Below are positions 40,801 to 50,555 of a DNA stretch of 64,000 nucleotides, piece by piece. The notes beneath the pieces were generated by a model. The model saw only the letters and a list, made by a program, of their open reading frames with translations. It made no database searches and had not been told where the DNA came from. The position numbers and the translations under genes were made by a program. Each line of letters starts with the position of its first letter. The first letter of the stretch is position 1. Origin of the DNA: a virus (Duplodnaviria > Caudoviricetes); IMG/VR virus record IMGVR_UViG_3300042282_000085, one strand, 5' to 3'.

Positions 40801-43800
40801 TAGGTCGTACGTCTTTGAAGACCGTCCAGACGGCTAAAGATGTTGCTTTGGACGTGGGGAATCGGGTACTGAAGCGTACAGGTGCAACCGGTGTACGGGA
40901 TATCTACGTTAAAGGGAAGCCGGGCGTTGTTATCTCCGCAAAAGGACTGCGTAACGGCTGGTACTTCGATGCTGAAACCAAAGCCCCCATCGCTACTATG
41001 GAGGACATTCAGGGCCCCGTGGTAGATCTGGATGGCAATTTTGTACTCACCCAGGAAGACTATGACTTAGGGATTGAGGACCGCTTCGGCAATACCTTAA
41101 TAGAAGCCGGTAAGGGATTGATGCGGGGACTGGGTAGCATTTACGGCGCACAGTTTGCACTTATGGGCGCTGTACTAAAGGCACCCATGGCTGTAGTGCA
41201 GAAGGTGAAGGATCGCTTCGACGGGGTTAAAGATGTCTATGTAAAGGGTGAAGGCACACCGCGTATGCGTGCACTGCTCATGCGCAATGGCGGCTACATC
41301 TCCAGTCGGAGTCAGAAAGTCATCACACACCAAGGGCAAATTGACGGCGAAGTCTTAGACTCTAAGGGGAACATCGTTATTTCCTTGGACGATATTGAGA
41401 CGGGACTCGTTGACCGGTGGGGCATTAGCATTGAGGCTAAGGGACTCAGTGGGTTACTGGGTGGCCTGGCGGGGCGTGGCCTTGAACTAGGCGGTAAATT
41501 GCTAGGGAAAGGCGCTAAGCTGTACGGTCAATACCTGAAGGGTGTCGGCAAAGCTACCGCCGGTATAGCGGGTGGTATCTGGGGTGTTGCTAAGGAAGGC
41601 GGTCGACGCCTAGCCGGTGGCGGTGGCATGTCGCGTGAAGAGATGATGGCGATGTTTCGGGAGATGCAAGGGGGCGGTGCCCCTGAGCTGGACCCCAGTG
41701 AACGTGAAACCTTGTCACTCTGGCAGAAGCTGAAGGATCAGAACCTTACCCCTGATATGTTAAAGTCCATGGATTTGGATGAACTTAAAGCCCGCATACC
41801 CGATCTAAACATGGATGCGTTAAACGTAGGATCCATGGAAGAGCTCACGGCTAAACTCTCTGAGGTAGGGGAGTCTGTCCGACAGGCACTGACCGGTAAC
41901 CAGATGGACATTGGTAGTCGTAAACTACTGCCGGTGTTGATTGAACAGTTAAACGTTCAACAGGGTATCTACCGCCATCTGACGGGCGAGAGTTGGTCTA
42001 GTTCCGGTACTGACATTATCCGAGACAGCTATGACGACATTCTCGCTAACGATGATAATGTTAGTGGTTTGAAGGATACAGTTGCTAAAGTCACCGATAA
42101 CTTCGCCCGTGAAGTCGGTAAGGAAGACGACGAAGAAGGTCACCGTGCAGGGAGCTGGCGAGATCAGCGATCTCAGTTAACCCCTGAAGAAGTCAAGGTT
42201 AAGGAAGAGGAAAAGAAAGAAGAGAAGGAAGAAAAGAACTCTTGGCTTATGGACATCATTGGTTCGCTCGGTGGACTGTTCATGAGCGGCATTGGTGCGC
42301 TGGGTGATAAACTCATGATAGCGATGGGCATTAAGTCCGCCGCCAGTACAGCCGGTGACGTACTGGACGGTGTAGATGCCTTAGGTAACGCCAGAGGTAC
42401 GCCTCCGGGGGGTAGGAAACCAGGTTTACTTGGTAAGTCTTGGAACCTACTAAAACGAGGGGCTAAGGGTGCAGGTGGGCTGCTTAAACGCGGTGCACTT
42501 GCGGCTGCGCCATTACTAGCGTCGTCTAAGGTGGGTGCTGCCGTACTCGCAGGTGGAGCTAAGCTTGCATCTGGTGCCGCTGCGATTGGCGGTGCCATTG
42601 CGGCAGCGCCTGTAGGATTGATTATTGGAGGTGCAGTCGCGGTAGGCGCTGCAGCCTATGGTGGGTATAAACTCTGGAGCCATTTCAGGGACAATGCCTC
42701 ACTAGAACCATTGGAAGCCTTGCGCTTCATGCAGTACGGCATTGACACAACTGATCAAGAGTTCATCGCACATGTCCGTCGTATTGAGCGTGAGTTCATT
42801 GACGACATCAGCTGGGAAGGGATGCGGGCTACCTTTAAAGGTGACCAAGTTGAATATTTCCATGAGTTCGGTGAAGACATGGGGATGGACCTCAACAACA
42901 TGAATGATGCTACGGAGTGGCAGACTTGGTTTGTGAAACGCTTTGGTCCTATACTCTTAACACACCTGACCGTCTTGAAAAAGATTGATGAGGATGTGGA
43001 TGTCACGGATGTAGACGATGAGTTGGACCCTAAGTACCATGCGGACTATATTAAGCGTGTTCAGATTACCGCTGACGATGTCGCCAATGGCTTCAATCCG
43101 TACGAGTGGGTAGCCTCACCCTTTAAAGGCCATGAAGTACGCAACATGGTTGAGGAGATCTCAGAGTACACCGAGGTGCTACTGAAGGCGGCTGAAGCGG
43201 GTAACGTGGAAGACGTGGAGGTTGACTCTAAAGGTACCTTCAGTACCTTAGTTGAAGGAGCTAAGAAAGTCTACGGTGCCGTTGCTAAGGTAGTACCTGG
43301 TGTTGCGTTGATGGGTAGGGTCGCCAGCGGTGTCCATAGTGCGGTCAGTACGGTTGCTGATACGGTACGTGAGAAAGGCGTACTCGGTGCCGCTAAGGCA
43401 GGTATTACTGCGGTGGCGGGATCCATACCGTTCATTGGGGGTTTCTTTAAAAAGGATGAAGAAGAGGAAACTCAAACTAGCGGTAAACTGGCACCAAATG
43501 CTAAGTGGACATTGTTGCGGATGATGATGTACGGTCTGGGTAAGGATGCCAACCCGGAGGCGATTAAAGCCGTTATGGCGTTGGAGCGTAAGTTAGGGAA
43601 AGACACTGCGTCTATACGCAGCAGTGGCGAGTTGAAGGTTGATCGGTTTAAGCTCTATAAGGAAGTCGCAGCGAGCTTTAACCGTGACCCGAAGGACCGG
43701 AATAGTCAGCTAGTATGGATACAGTGGTTAACCGATCGATTTGCCCCCGCCTTCACCCGTTATATCCATTCTCTACATGCCGCCACAGGTGATGATCGTC

Positions 43801-46034
43801 TACTGGACTCGGATGCACGTCTGGATGAGATGGACGGTGAAACCCGTGCGCTCTTCTTGAAGCGCGTGAAGATGGAACAGATACCACCAGGGCTCCATAC
43901 CCATCCCTATGAGGTCATGAATAGTCCCTATGGGGGCGAGAAATCCATCGCTAGCAAAGAAGACATCTACGCGTACATTGAGTTACTCGCCAAAGCTGAA
44001 GAGGTGGAAACCCCTGAGGTGGCTGGTGCCAGTGGTGAGATGAAGCGTGGTCTTCTGGCCAGTATCTGGGGCAAGGTAGCGGAAAAGGCTGAGGGAATAA
44101 AGGCAGGCGTCAGTGCCGCGATTGAGACTGTCCGTGAGAAGGGGGTTGTGGGTGCACTGGGAGATGCACTAACCAAAGCAGCGCCTGCAATCGCGAAGGC
44201 GATACCGGGTGCCGGTGCGGTTATGTACTTAGGTGGCAAAGCAGTAGAAGCCTTGCGTAAGGATACGGAGGTGGAGCCTATTGAGGGACTGAGGCTCTTG
44301 CAGTACGGTGTAAACCTCAAGGACCGTACCTTTGTAAAACGGGTGCGTGAGTTGGAGTTACTTGCACTGGATGCGGTCACCTGGGTAGGCAAGCGTGCAG
44401 AGATAACGGAAGATCCCGAGTATTTCTTTAAGCAGATGGCCGAGTCGATGGGACTGTCCTTTACCAATGAGGCGAATGCCAAAGCCTGGACCACGTGGTT
44501 TGCTAAACGCTTTACTCCGGTACTCCTTACACACCTCCAAACCCTTAAACTGCTGGATGAGATTCTGGAGCTTGAGGAGATCGATAAGCGCATGTCCGTA
44601 GAGATGAAAATTGAATATGTAAACCGTGTTCAATTCACTGCGAATGACATTGCGTCTGGGAAGGACCCCTATGCGATCACGGATAGCCCCATGTACGGTG
44701 TAGTCGTAGAGTCGCTCAGGGAAGTGATTGCCGTGTATACGAAACGTCTGCTGGATACATTAGCGACGGGTCGGATCAACAACAATCAGTCCTTCATGCC
44801 ACCTGAGGTGAAGGCGAACGATAAAGCTACAGAGGCCATTTCGCAGGCGAAGGAAACGCAACAGGCTATTAGCAAACAGCGCAGTGAGGAGGCTAAGTCC
44901 AAGGCGGGTAACAACAGTCCAGTGGAAACCGCCAATGGCATGGGCCGCTCAGAGATGGGTAGTGCCTCTAATGGCGATGCACCGGATGCGGATGGCAATA
45001 TGCCTGCAGGTGTACCGGATGCACCCAGTAACATGAAACCATCTGGAGATGGCAGCATGCTCATGCCTGCACAGGGACGTATTAGCTCTGCGTACGGTCG
45101 CCGCATGCATCCAACTCGAAAGGAGATGCACGGTCATGGGGGGATCGACATTGCTGCACCTACTGGTACGCCGGTGTACGCGGCAATGGATGGCACTATC
45201 TCTCGTCAGTACCGCAGCAGTAGTTACGGCAACGTTATCTACATTAACCACCCTGATGGTCGCGCTACGCGCTACGCTCACTTGAGTCGGTTTGCGGCAG
45301 GGACAGGGGCTGGCGCTGTTGTGAAGCAGGGCCAGATAATTGGGTATGTAGGGTCAACGGGTGTCTCTACCGGTCCTCACTTGCACTTTGAGGTGAGAGA
45401 AGGCCATGCACAGCGCTCACCCACGGCGGATCCAATGAAGTTTATTGGTCCGGCACGGGAAATGCTGGCTCAGCAAGAGAAGGAGGTCAAGGAAGCTGAG
45501 AAGGGTGATGATATTGGGGATCAAGACTTCTCCTTGGAGGGCGTTGATACCATCGCATCGACTACCCTGAAGAAGCCTGTATTGGCGGACGCAGGTATCT
45601 CCGACGATGACCCCAGTGTTAATGCAACGGCTAACAACGACCCTGTAGCGAGCGCATTGCCTGTTAGTCCTAAGGTAGGGCCCAGTGGAGTAGACGGTAC
45701 CCTAACGGCTCAGACAGGCGGTACGGCTAACCTGCCGGATGTAGGGGCAGGCGCTGCCGGTGTGGACGTGGAGCGTTTAGTTGGCGAGCAAACGAAGCAT
45801 GCCTCTGAAGCACAACGTCTACGTGAACGTCAGGTCATGACCCAAGAAGAAACCAATGCGAAGATGGACCGACTCATTGCCGCTATTGAAAACCAGCAAC
45901 CTCCTCAGGTGAACGTATCTGCAGGAGAACCCAGTCAGCCTAAAGGCACTAAACCTAATACGCCTGTTGGACGGCGTAAAGGGGATTCCCAAGGATCGGG
46001 ATATAACGGTGTCGTTGGATTTGACTATTCATAA
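37833..46034 (+). CDS. Tape-measure-like tail protein (phiKZ gp181 position) with C-terminal M23 peptidase
   Basis: 2733 aa; YQRKSLELQ, NTGLPE, IIPGYL, DIYVKG repeats; HGGID...YAHL...GPHLHFE at ~45060-45440. Confidence 0.88.
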   Translation: MAKYDDDVDFDIDALDDLDVPDIDIMPDDSAAADNRTPATRVADGALKSVLRTSTARTAARAIKENALPEGYSMAIDAADDALSLGQDLYDAAAKELEPAVKAAQKMLRKSQEKADKYLPKWLADTVKKLGGEAEEARQYVDPNESAIAGSLGSIFDKYREATAQTAATEANLTLEDKQRSVDRKIAIEQGDRQYNQLTSISEGISKLVGYQESVLFDYQRKSLELQHRQYFAARDLLTVTKAMADQNLHELKAVVKNTGLPEAVKLRLSEQYGQVATNQLIGRVQGSVHDFVANYTSEFRERAFKKITGAARDLKDGVLMGADMYEQMSEMGETMDEAGIDRARMAGEQLGAMGTSAAFKYGARLAGDRLVTRNKYQERSRLIKLLDPDNRLSSRAAKALEARIQQYEASGEPLDLQALTDKESYEDKRVGEEIAETISTSSGLFGGRKRKINAQFKRVLNASETVERGRFLRGADTMQYLIENAPKVANDWARSGRSVFDNVEVENETLQRLLESGGVQAVEDFIRELAPTFKESFSVNSNLHADAANAVGFDLLTRRSIIEIIPGYLSRILQQVTTVATGESAERITYSTEREQFVSQSTQDNIVASRLFDQRNVDNRLNDADAVTKLLGGENLDDDVKAALNRRILQLRDDGSTLSLNNLRKTSVAGEDEGLTAALETFLDSEDINFDSENKIKLSRLYDRITAMTRDVNQGLADTNKVADKETLYRLGIVDPKTGKVNAEKVRAYIDGRLRPGEGGEGPAPSADPSPLPAPGPDTAPIVGDTLTHEYLDLILDAITSGNSGTLTAIEGIQFDAADIGTHERLDTIASTLSEGFEGTYGRLDAITNKAGETGTFSNTVNYNTTSTVNWDDFTPQRKLLVEELFSQFTTLTSTYDGIPIAVDLRSEAPQGTLDASPTHERLDAILDAINGNFETNHVLLQAVAENAGRGGEGGDTVSVEEMGSGLLGKLRSGAGSLVGMLGSYYSWLGRTSLKTVQTAKDVALDVGNRVLKRTGATGVRDIYVKGKPGVVISAKGLRNGWYFDAETKAPIATMEDIQGPVVDLDGNFVLTQEDYDLGIEDRFGNTLIEAGKGLMRGLGSIYGAQFALMGAVLKAPMAVVQKVKDRFDGVKDVYVKGEGTPRMRALLMRNGGYISSRSQKVITHQGQIDGEVLDSKGNIVISLDDIETGLVDRWGISIEAKGLSGLLGGLAGRGLELGGKLLGKGAKLYGQYLKGVGKATAGIAGGIWGVAKEGGRRLAGGGGMSREEMMAMFREMQGGGAPELDPSERETLSLWQKLKDQNLTPDMLKSMDLDELKARIPDLNMDALNVGSMEELTAKLSEVGESVRQALTGNQMDIGSRKLLPVLIEQLNVQQGIYRHLTGESWSSSGTDIIRDSYDDILANDDNVSGLKDTVAKVTDNFAREVGKEDDEEGHRAGSWRDQRSQLTPEEVKVKEEEKKEEKEEKNSWLMDIIGSLGGLFMSGIGALGDKLMIAMGIKSAASTAGDVLDGVDALGNARGTPPGGRKPGLLGKSWNLLKRGAKGAGGLLKRGALAAAPLLASSKVGAAVLAGGAKLASGAAAIGGAIAAAPVGLIIGGAVAVGAAAYGGYKLWSHFRDNASLEPLEALRFMQYGIDTTDQEFIAHVRRIEREFIDDISWEGMRATFKGDQVEYFHEFGEDMGMDLNNMNDATEWQTWFVKRFGPILLTHLTVLKKIDEDVDVTDVDDELDPKYHADYIKRVQITADDVANGFNPYEWVASPFKGHEVRNMVEEISEYTEVLLKAAEAGNVEDVEVDSKGTFSTLVEGAKKVYGAVAKVVPGVALMGRVASGVHSAVSTVADTVREKGVLGAAKAGITAVAGSIPFIGGFFKKDEEEETQTSGKLAPNAKWTLLRMMMYGLGKDANPEAIKAVMALERKLGKDTASIRSSGELKVDRFKLYKEVAASFNRDPKDRNSQLVWIQWLTDRFAPAFTRYIHSLHAATGDDRLLDSDARLDEMDGETRALFLKRVKMEQIPPGLHTHPYEVMNSPYGGEKSIASKEDIYAYIELLAKAEEVETPEVAGASGEMKRGLLASIWGKVAEKAEGIKAGVSAAIETVREKGVVGALGDALTKAAPAIAKAIPGAGAVMYLGGKAVEALRKDTEVEPIEGLRLLQYGVNLKDRTFVKRVRELELLALDAVTWVGKRAEITEDPEYFFKQMAESMGLSFTNEANAKAWTTWFAKRFTPVLLTHLQTLKLLDEILELEEIDKRMSVEMKIEYVNRVQFTANDIASGKDPYAITDSPMYGVVVESLREVIAVYTKRLLDTLATGRINNNQSFMPPEVKANDKATEAISQAKETQQAISKQRSEEAKSKAGNNSPVETANGMGRSEMGSASNGDAPDADGNMPAGVPDAPSNMKPSGDGSMLMPAQGRISSAYGRRMHPTRKEMHGHGGIDIAAPTGTPVYAAMDGTISRQYRSSSYGNVIYINHPDGRATRYAHLSRFAAGTGAGAVVKQGQIIGYVGSTGVSTGPHLHFEVREGHAQRSPTADPMKFIGPAREMLAQQEKEVKEAEKGDDIGDQDFSLEGVDTIASTTLKKPVLADAGISDDDPSVNATANNDPVASALPVSPKVGPSGVDGTLTAQTGGTANLPDVGAGAAGVDVERLVGEQTKHASEAQRLRERQVMTQEETNAKMDRLIAAIENQQPPQVNVSAGEPSQPKGTKPNTPVGRRKGDSQGSGYNGVVGFDYS

Positions 46035-46062
46035 GTAAGGGGGCCTAGCCCCCTTCTTTCTT

Positions 46063-48144
46063 TTGACATACTGTAGGAGTCTAGCTATGGCTACCCCCAT
46101 CCCAGAGAGTGGAATACGGTCAGATGCCGACTGGATTCGACAAGCTTTCTTTGTACCCGGGTTAACCACCAAGAATGGCATTGGCGGTGCAAAGATACGG
46201 GATAGCGAATCTCGAGGGCAGCGGTTTTCATCTGCTGAACTCAAATACACAGATACCACACCGGGTGGTAACTTTGCGATTAACCCCCGTCCACAATTTA
46301 CCCGCTATTGTGACCCTAAGGTACCGGGAATCAATCCAGATAGCCGGGGTATGGGTGAATATTACTCTGAGGCTATTGATGACAATGCACAAATCATCCA
46401 TATGCAGTTTGGGGTACCCGAATATAACTCCCTCACCAACTTCTTTGGTCGATTTTACGATACGGCGGTAGGTCGCTTAGCCAATACCGGGGATGCCTCT
46501 GACTTTACATTCTTTGCAGGACAAGTGGTGGGGTATGTACTAACGGCCCCCTTCCAGGTCGTCAACAGCGTCATTAACTTTGTAAAACGTATCTGGAACT
46601 TTGTAAACGCGACACCCTATAGTCGGTTTTACTACATGAAGCCTGTGATGCCGATGTACTGGTCTACTGTCAGCCATCTGTTAAACCGTATTGGTGTGAA
46701 TATGGGGATTATAAATGGCCCCACACCTGATGACGTTACTCTGGATAGTGAGGGTAGCGCTACCAAGATTACGTATAACAATGGGTTAAGTGCCTCTGAG
46801 TTTGAAGTACTGAACCGGTTGTTACCCGACGTCATGACCTCCGATGGCGGTATAGACGTCTTTGCAATTTCGACTCGCGCCCAGCGCCTTGCGAATGCGC
46901 ATTATAAAACCTTAAATACCTTGGAAAAGAGTTTTCGAGGTCAACCTAAAGAGCTCTTCGATAACGCCGTGTTAAGTTATGTTGAGGGGAACTTTGACCC
47001 TAATCCCCCCAGTAAACATCGTAGCTTACCGGAGTATCTGAATACCTTCTATAAAGGGGGTACCATTGGTCAAGGGGTCGGGGCGGATGACCCTCAGGCA
47101 GCTGTAGATGCACATGCGACCGAAGGCAGCGCCGCAGATAGTGTACCCGACAAGCAAAATGGGAAGTCTATGTCCGATGGCGGTGTTGAGGTTGCCCGTG
47201 CATGGAACGACCCGTCCATGAAGGACTACTTCGATGGGGAGCTAGCCGATGGGGCTGCCTTTGTAAGTTTTGCGGTGGACCATGAAGGTTCAGTGTCGGA
47301 GTCATTTTCGAATAGCTTTAAATCCTCCGATATTGCGGATAAGCTTAACTCGATTAGCTCCTCTGGTCGATCTGCCTACTTCAACATGGCCGGTGGTAAC
47401 ATAGGGGACAATACCATTGTCAATGGCATTGAAAGTATGTTAGGGGGGATAAAGTCGTTCGTACAAGGGGCTTTAAATTCAGTCGGTCTTGGGGGACTCT
47501 CTGCCCTAGGGGGGGCGGCGTACGTCGATATCCCTGAGTTTTGGGACAGCGCCAGTGCGGATCTGCCCAAATCCAACTACACCATTAAACTGTCCTCGCC
47601 CTATGGGAACAAGCTTTCGATTCTACTGAACATTTATCTGCCGCTGTGTATGCTACTGGCAGGTGCGTTGCCGCGTACTACCGGTAAGAACTCTTACACC
47701 AGTCCGTTCCTGTGTAGCTTGTACGCACCGGGTCGTAACGTCATTAAACTGGGTATGATAGACAGTCTTTCCATTACCCGTGGTGATGATAGCATGGGGT
47801 GGTCAGCCGATGGGTTACCGACGTCGGTTGAAGTGAGTTTCTCAGTAGTGAACCTGTCTAAGATTCTACATGTACCGGTGTCAGAATTGGCAGGGCCTAC
47901 GGACGCACTGAAGCTATCCATGATCGATGAGGATACGCCCTTCACGGACTACATGGCGGTGCTAGGTGGACTCTCACTCTATGACCAGTATTACATTGAA
48001 CCCCGTTTGAAGTTAGCGTGGCGAAACCAAATAGCCGACTTTGAGCGTTGGTTCTCCATGTCACACTTTGCCTCGCACTTTGCTGGTACAGAGACTATGG
48101 CGAACCGCGTCATAGGTCCTTTATATCGTGCTGGCGATCGATAA
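46063..48144 (+). CDS. Tail/baseplate hub protein (phiKZ gp182-like); start probably 46087
   Basis: DTTPGGNFAINP.PQFTRY, GMGEYYSEAIDD, SPYGN, YTSPF. Confidence 0.8.
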   Translation: MTYCRSLAMATPIPESGIRSDADWIRQAFFVPGLTTKNGIGGAKIRDSESRGQRFSSAELKYTDTTPGGNFAINPRPQFTRYCDPKVPGINPDSRGMGEYYSEAIDDNAQIIHMQFGVPEYNSLTNFFGRFYDTAVGRLANTGDASDFTFFAGQVVGYVLTAPFQVVNSVINFVKRIWNFVNATPYSRFYYMKPVMPMYWSTVSHLLNRIGVNMGIINGPTPDDVTLDSEGSATKITYNNGLSASEFEVLNRLLPDVMTSDGGIDVFAISTRAQRLANAHYKTLNTLEKSFRGQPKELFDNAVLSYVEGNFDPNPPSKHRSLPEYLNTFYKGGTIGQGVGADDPQAAVDAHATEGSAADSVPDKQNGKSMSDGGVEVARAWNDPSMKDYFDGELADGAAFVSFAVDHEGSVSESFSNSFKSSDIADKLNSISSSGRSAYFNMAGGNIGDNTIVNGIESMLGGIKSFVQGALNSVGLGGLSALGGAAYVDIPEFWDSASADLPKSNYTIKLSSPYGNKLSILLNIYLPLCMLLAGALPRTTGKNSYTSPFLCSLYAPGRNVIKLGMIDSLSITRGDDSMGWSADGLPTSVEVSFSVVNLSKILHVPVSELAGPTDALKLSMIDEDTPFTDYMAVLGGLSLYDQYYIEPRLKLAWRNQIADFERWFSMSHFASHFAGTETMANRVIGPLYRAGDR

Positions 48145-48146
48145 AG

Positions 48147-48186
48147 AAAAAAAGGACACAGCCACCGGGGGTAATCCCCGGTGGCT
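48147..48186. terminator. Bidirectional hairpin with minus-strand U-tract
   Basis: GCCACCGGGG-GTAAT-CCCCGGTGGC; A7 at 48147-48153. Confidence 0.75.
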
Positions 48187-48550
48187 AGTCTTCTATTTCA
48201 CCTTTATACGTAAACGCAATGCCTTCCGCACTACACGCTTTCTCGATCATCTCCTTTAACAGTAATCGATGACAGAACGCACCTGCTTTACAGTAGCAGG
48301 CGATAGCTACCTTAGGTTGACGCAATAGCTTGTCCCATTGTGTAGCGTTGACCCGATAACTCGTACGCATGAGTCGGTAATACTCGGTGCGGTACTCTTC
48401 GGCTGAGATCCGCCCGGCCTTATAATCGCCGAGTAACTTAGGGGTAGGGGCAAAACAACGGTTGCCGCTGCGCAGAGTAATGTCCAATAAAGGAATATCT
48501 TTCGCTTTAACTAACCGCCATTTTGCCAACTGTACTGTATAAAGCTCCAT
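48185..48550 (-). CDS. DUF488-like protein
   Basis: FAPT..LL..YK...Y...Y and CYC....CHR motifs. Confidence 0.7.
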   Translation of the reverse strand: MELYTVQLAKWRLVKAKDIPLLDITLRSGNRCFAPTPKLLGDYKAGRISAEEYRTEYYRLMRTSYRVNATQWDKLLRQPKVAIACYCKAGAFCHRLLLKEMIEKACSAEGIAFTYKGEIED

Positions 48551-49683
48551 TATACCGCCAGAGATGGATATTGGGATTGGATGAGATACCCTAAGGACTT
48601 AGGATCGGTATTTAGCCCCTTCGCCATAATAGCGGTTGACTTAAGTGGGTCAAAGGAAGTAAAGACCCTGATCGCATCGTCAGAGGCATATCGAAAGAGG
48701 GTATAGTCGATAATCAACTCCCCATCTCGATCATAGGTTAAGCACCCTTCATCAATTAGATTAAGGTTATCGTAAAAGGCTTCTGCCATGCCACTATGGG
48801 CCGACTTAGGCTCAGCACGATCTAATCGATAGCTATTAAGTAAGCGGCGAACTGTGTCCCGACGCAAAGACGGTGTAGCACGGGAACCCATTGCTTCAAT
48901 GATTGCCGCGACCTGCGCATGGTTACCTGAGTTGGCCGCCGCTAAGGCGACCTGGGTCTGAATAAAGAGTTGCTCTTCAGGGGTTAACTCCGCTGCTTCA
49001 ATCTCAGCAACAATTTCCTCAGGCGTTAGGTAGGGGGTCTTAAGGATCGTTTCACTGTTCAGTGTTGCGAGAGTGCGCACCTTTGTCGGCAGAGGGTGGC
49101 GAGTCCCTAAGTCACTCAGCGTCTCCAGTACCTCTAGACGACTATCTCCCCGGGTAATACCGGCATCTAAATACAGGTCGTCACCGTTTAATTGTCCGCG
49201 ATCCATGGCCCCTAAAATCTGATTAACCGACTCGACGTGTACCGGTAACGTCTTGTTATTCAGTGACCGGTAATCGTCCGGTGACATGGTAGTCTGGATG
49301 AAAGTCAATAGGGCATTGATCTCATTAACACCCAAGCCCCGGAAGCGGTTAAAGAACTCAATGACATCTACCGCCAATGGGAATAGACTCTTGAGGAAGC
49401 TGCGGAGCTGTCCCACCGACAGGCCCAAGGAGAGTAGCTTCTCGAGCAAGAGTTCAAACCCACCCTGAGAGAGGGCAGCTTTCAATGCCTGTAAGTTTTG
49501 ACTCAGTGCCCTTTCAGCTTCTTCTGGGGACTGACCCTCTGCAGCAGCTTCCTGTGCAGCAGCGGCAGCAGCAGCGGCCCCTTCAAACGCACTTAAGATT
49601 TCCCCCTCACCGTATACGTCAACAACCCGCAAACTGTCGTCTGGACCTGTTTTAAAGACCGACTCTTTAGGTGCTACCGGCAT
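48550..49683 (-). CDS. Probable virion structural protein
   Basis: N-terminal F.TGP.D.L..VDVY, a motif I recall from phiKZ-like virion proteins. Confidence 0.55.
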   Translation of the reverse strand: MPVAPKESVFKTGPDDSLRVVDVYGEGEILSAFEGAAAAAAAAQEAAAEGQSPEEAERALSQNLQALKAALSQGGFELLLEKLLSLGLSVGQLRSFLKSLFPLAVDVIEFFNRFRGLGVNEINALLTFIQTTMSPDDYRSLNNKTLPVHVESVNQILGAMDRGQLNGDDLYLDAGITRGDSRLEVLETLSDLGTRHPLPTKVRTLATLNSETILKTPYLTPEEIVAEIEAAELTPEEQLFIQTQVALAAANSGNHAQVAAIIEAMGSRATPSLRRDTVRRLLNSYRLDRAEPKSAHSGMAEAFYDNLNLIDEGCLTYDRDGELIIDYTLFRYASDDAIRVFTSFDPLKSTAIMAKGLNTDPKSLGYLIQSQYPSLAV

Positions 49684-49703
49684 GGTTAAACCCTCATCCA
49701 GTT

Positions 49704-49735
49704 AAAAAAAAAAAGAGGACCTGACTGATCCTCTT
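49704..49735 (-). terminator. Hairpin plus U11 terminator
   Basis: AAGAGGA...TCCTCTT with A11 at 49704-49714. Confidence 0.65.
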
Positions 49736-49759
49736 GATTTGCTATATTATCGCCTAGCC

Positions 49760-50251
49760 TTAGGTGGCATTGGGCGATAGCTTAACCAACGTCATTGGGA
49801 AGTCCTTAAGTACCTCCAACAACGTATCCCGTATCCGTGCCCAACGTCCACCTGCATGACCGGTCCCGATTAAAGGGAAGACGAAACGAACGTTCATTCC
49901 CTTATAATACTCAGCCAATCGATGACAGACTGTGGTAAATGCCTCGTAATCGAAGTGCTGCTCATAGGCCGGACCATACCGATACTGGCAATAGAGATTA
50001 TGTACAGATATGATGTAGTAGTCATCAATCTCCACACTGGCCATTGACCAGTGGCCAAGTTTCTCACGATCTCCTCGCCCGGTCATCTGATCGGCAATTT
50101 CCACTTCAGGCCACGCCATGGCTATGGCTTTCGCTGCGCCTGCCCCCATGCGGCACTGACAGTTTGCATTGTGTATAACGACAATGTGTTCAGTCCAGTT
50201 CTGTGGGTTTGTTTCAACAACGTCGACAAGGTTGCCGTACAACACATCCAT
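49760..50251 (-). CDS. Macrodomain (ADP-ribose) protein
   Basis: GNL, HNANC..RMGAGAAKAI, NLYCQ, FPLIGTGHAGGRW. Confidence 0.85.
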   Translation of the reverse strand: MDVLYGNLVDVVETNPQNWTEHIVVIHNANCQCRMGAGAAKAIAMAWPEVEIADQMTGRGDREKLGHWSMASVEIDDYYIISVHNLYCQYRYGPAYEQHFDYEAFTTVCHRLAEYYKGMNVRFVFPLIGTGHAGGRWARIRDTLLEVLKDFPMTLVKLSPNAT

Positions 50252-50260
50252 AATGTCTCC

Positions 50261-50554
50261 TTAGTGTACCTTAGGGTCGGCTTCAGGTGCGTAACTGCAG
50301 AATAGACACGGCATGCTCCAGCCAATGAACCCATGTTGATCCACATCGCTTGTATAGTAGAGTTCCCCACCTACACTGGGGAGGGCCAGAATGCGATTCA
50401 ACGGCATATCCAGTGTACGACCCTGTGCCTCTATGTGTACGCTGTGCATTTCCTCATCCACAATAACGTTCAATATGGGATCTCGAATGACCCGACTGCC
50501 CTCTGACAATTTAGGGGCGAGCCGGGTATACAGGGTGTAAAATCCATCATCCAT
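50261..50554 (-). CDS. Hypothetical protein
   Basis: Packed in operon. Confidence 0.55.
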   Translation of the reverse strand: MDDGFYTLYTRLAPKLSEGSRVIRDPILNVIVDEEMHSVHIEAQGRTLDMPLNRILALPSVGGELYYTSDVDQHGFIGWSMPCLFCSYAPEADPKVH

Positions 50555-50555
50555 A

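Noticed and set aside
38187-45281. Many antisense ORFs within the tape-measure gene
   Set aside because: Ser/Ala-rich mirror translations of the coding strand.
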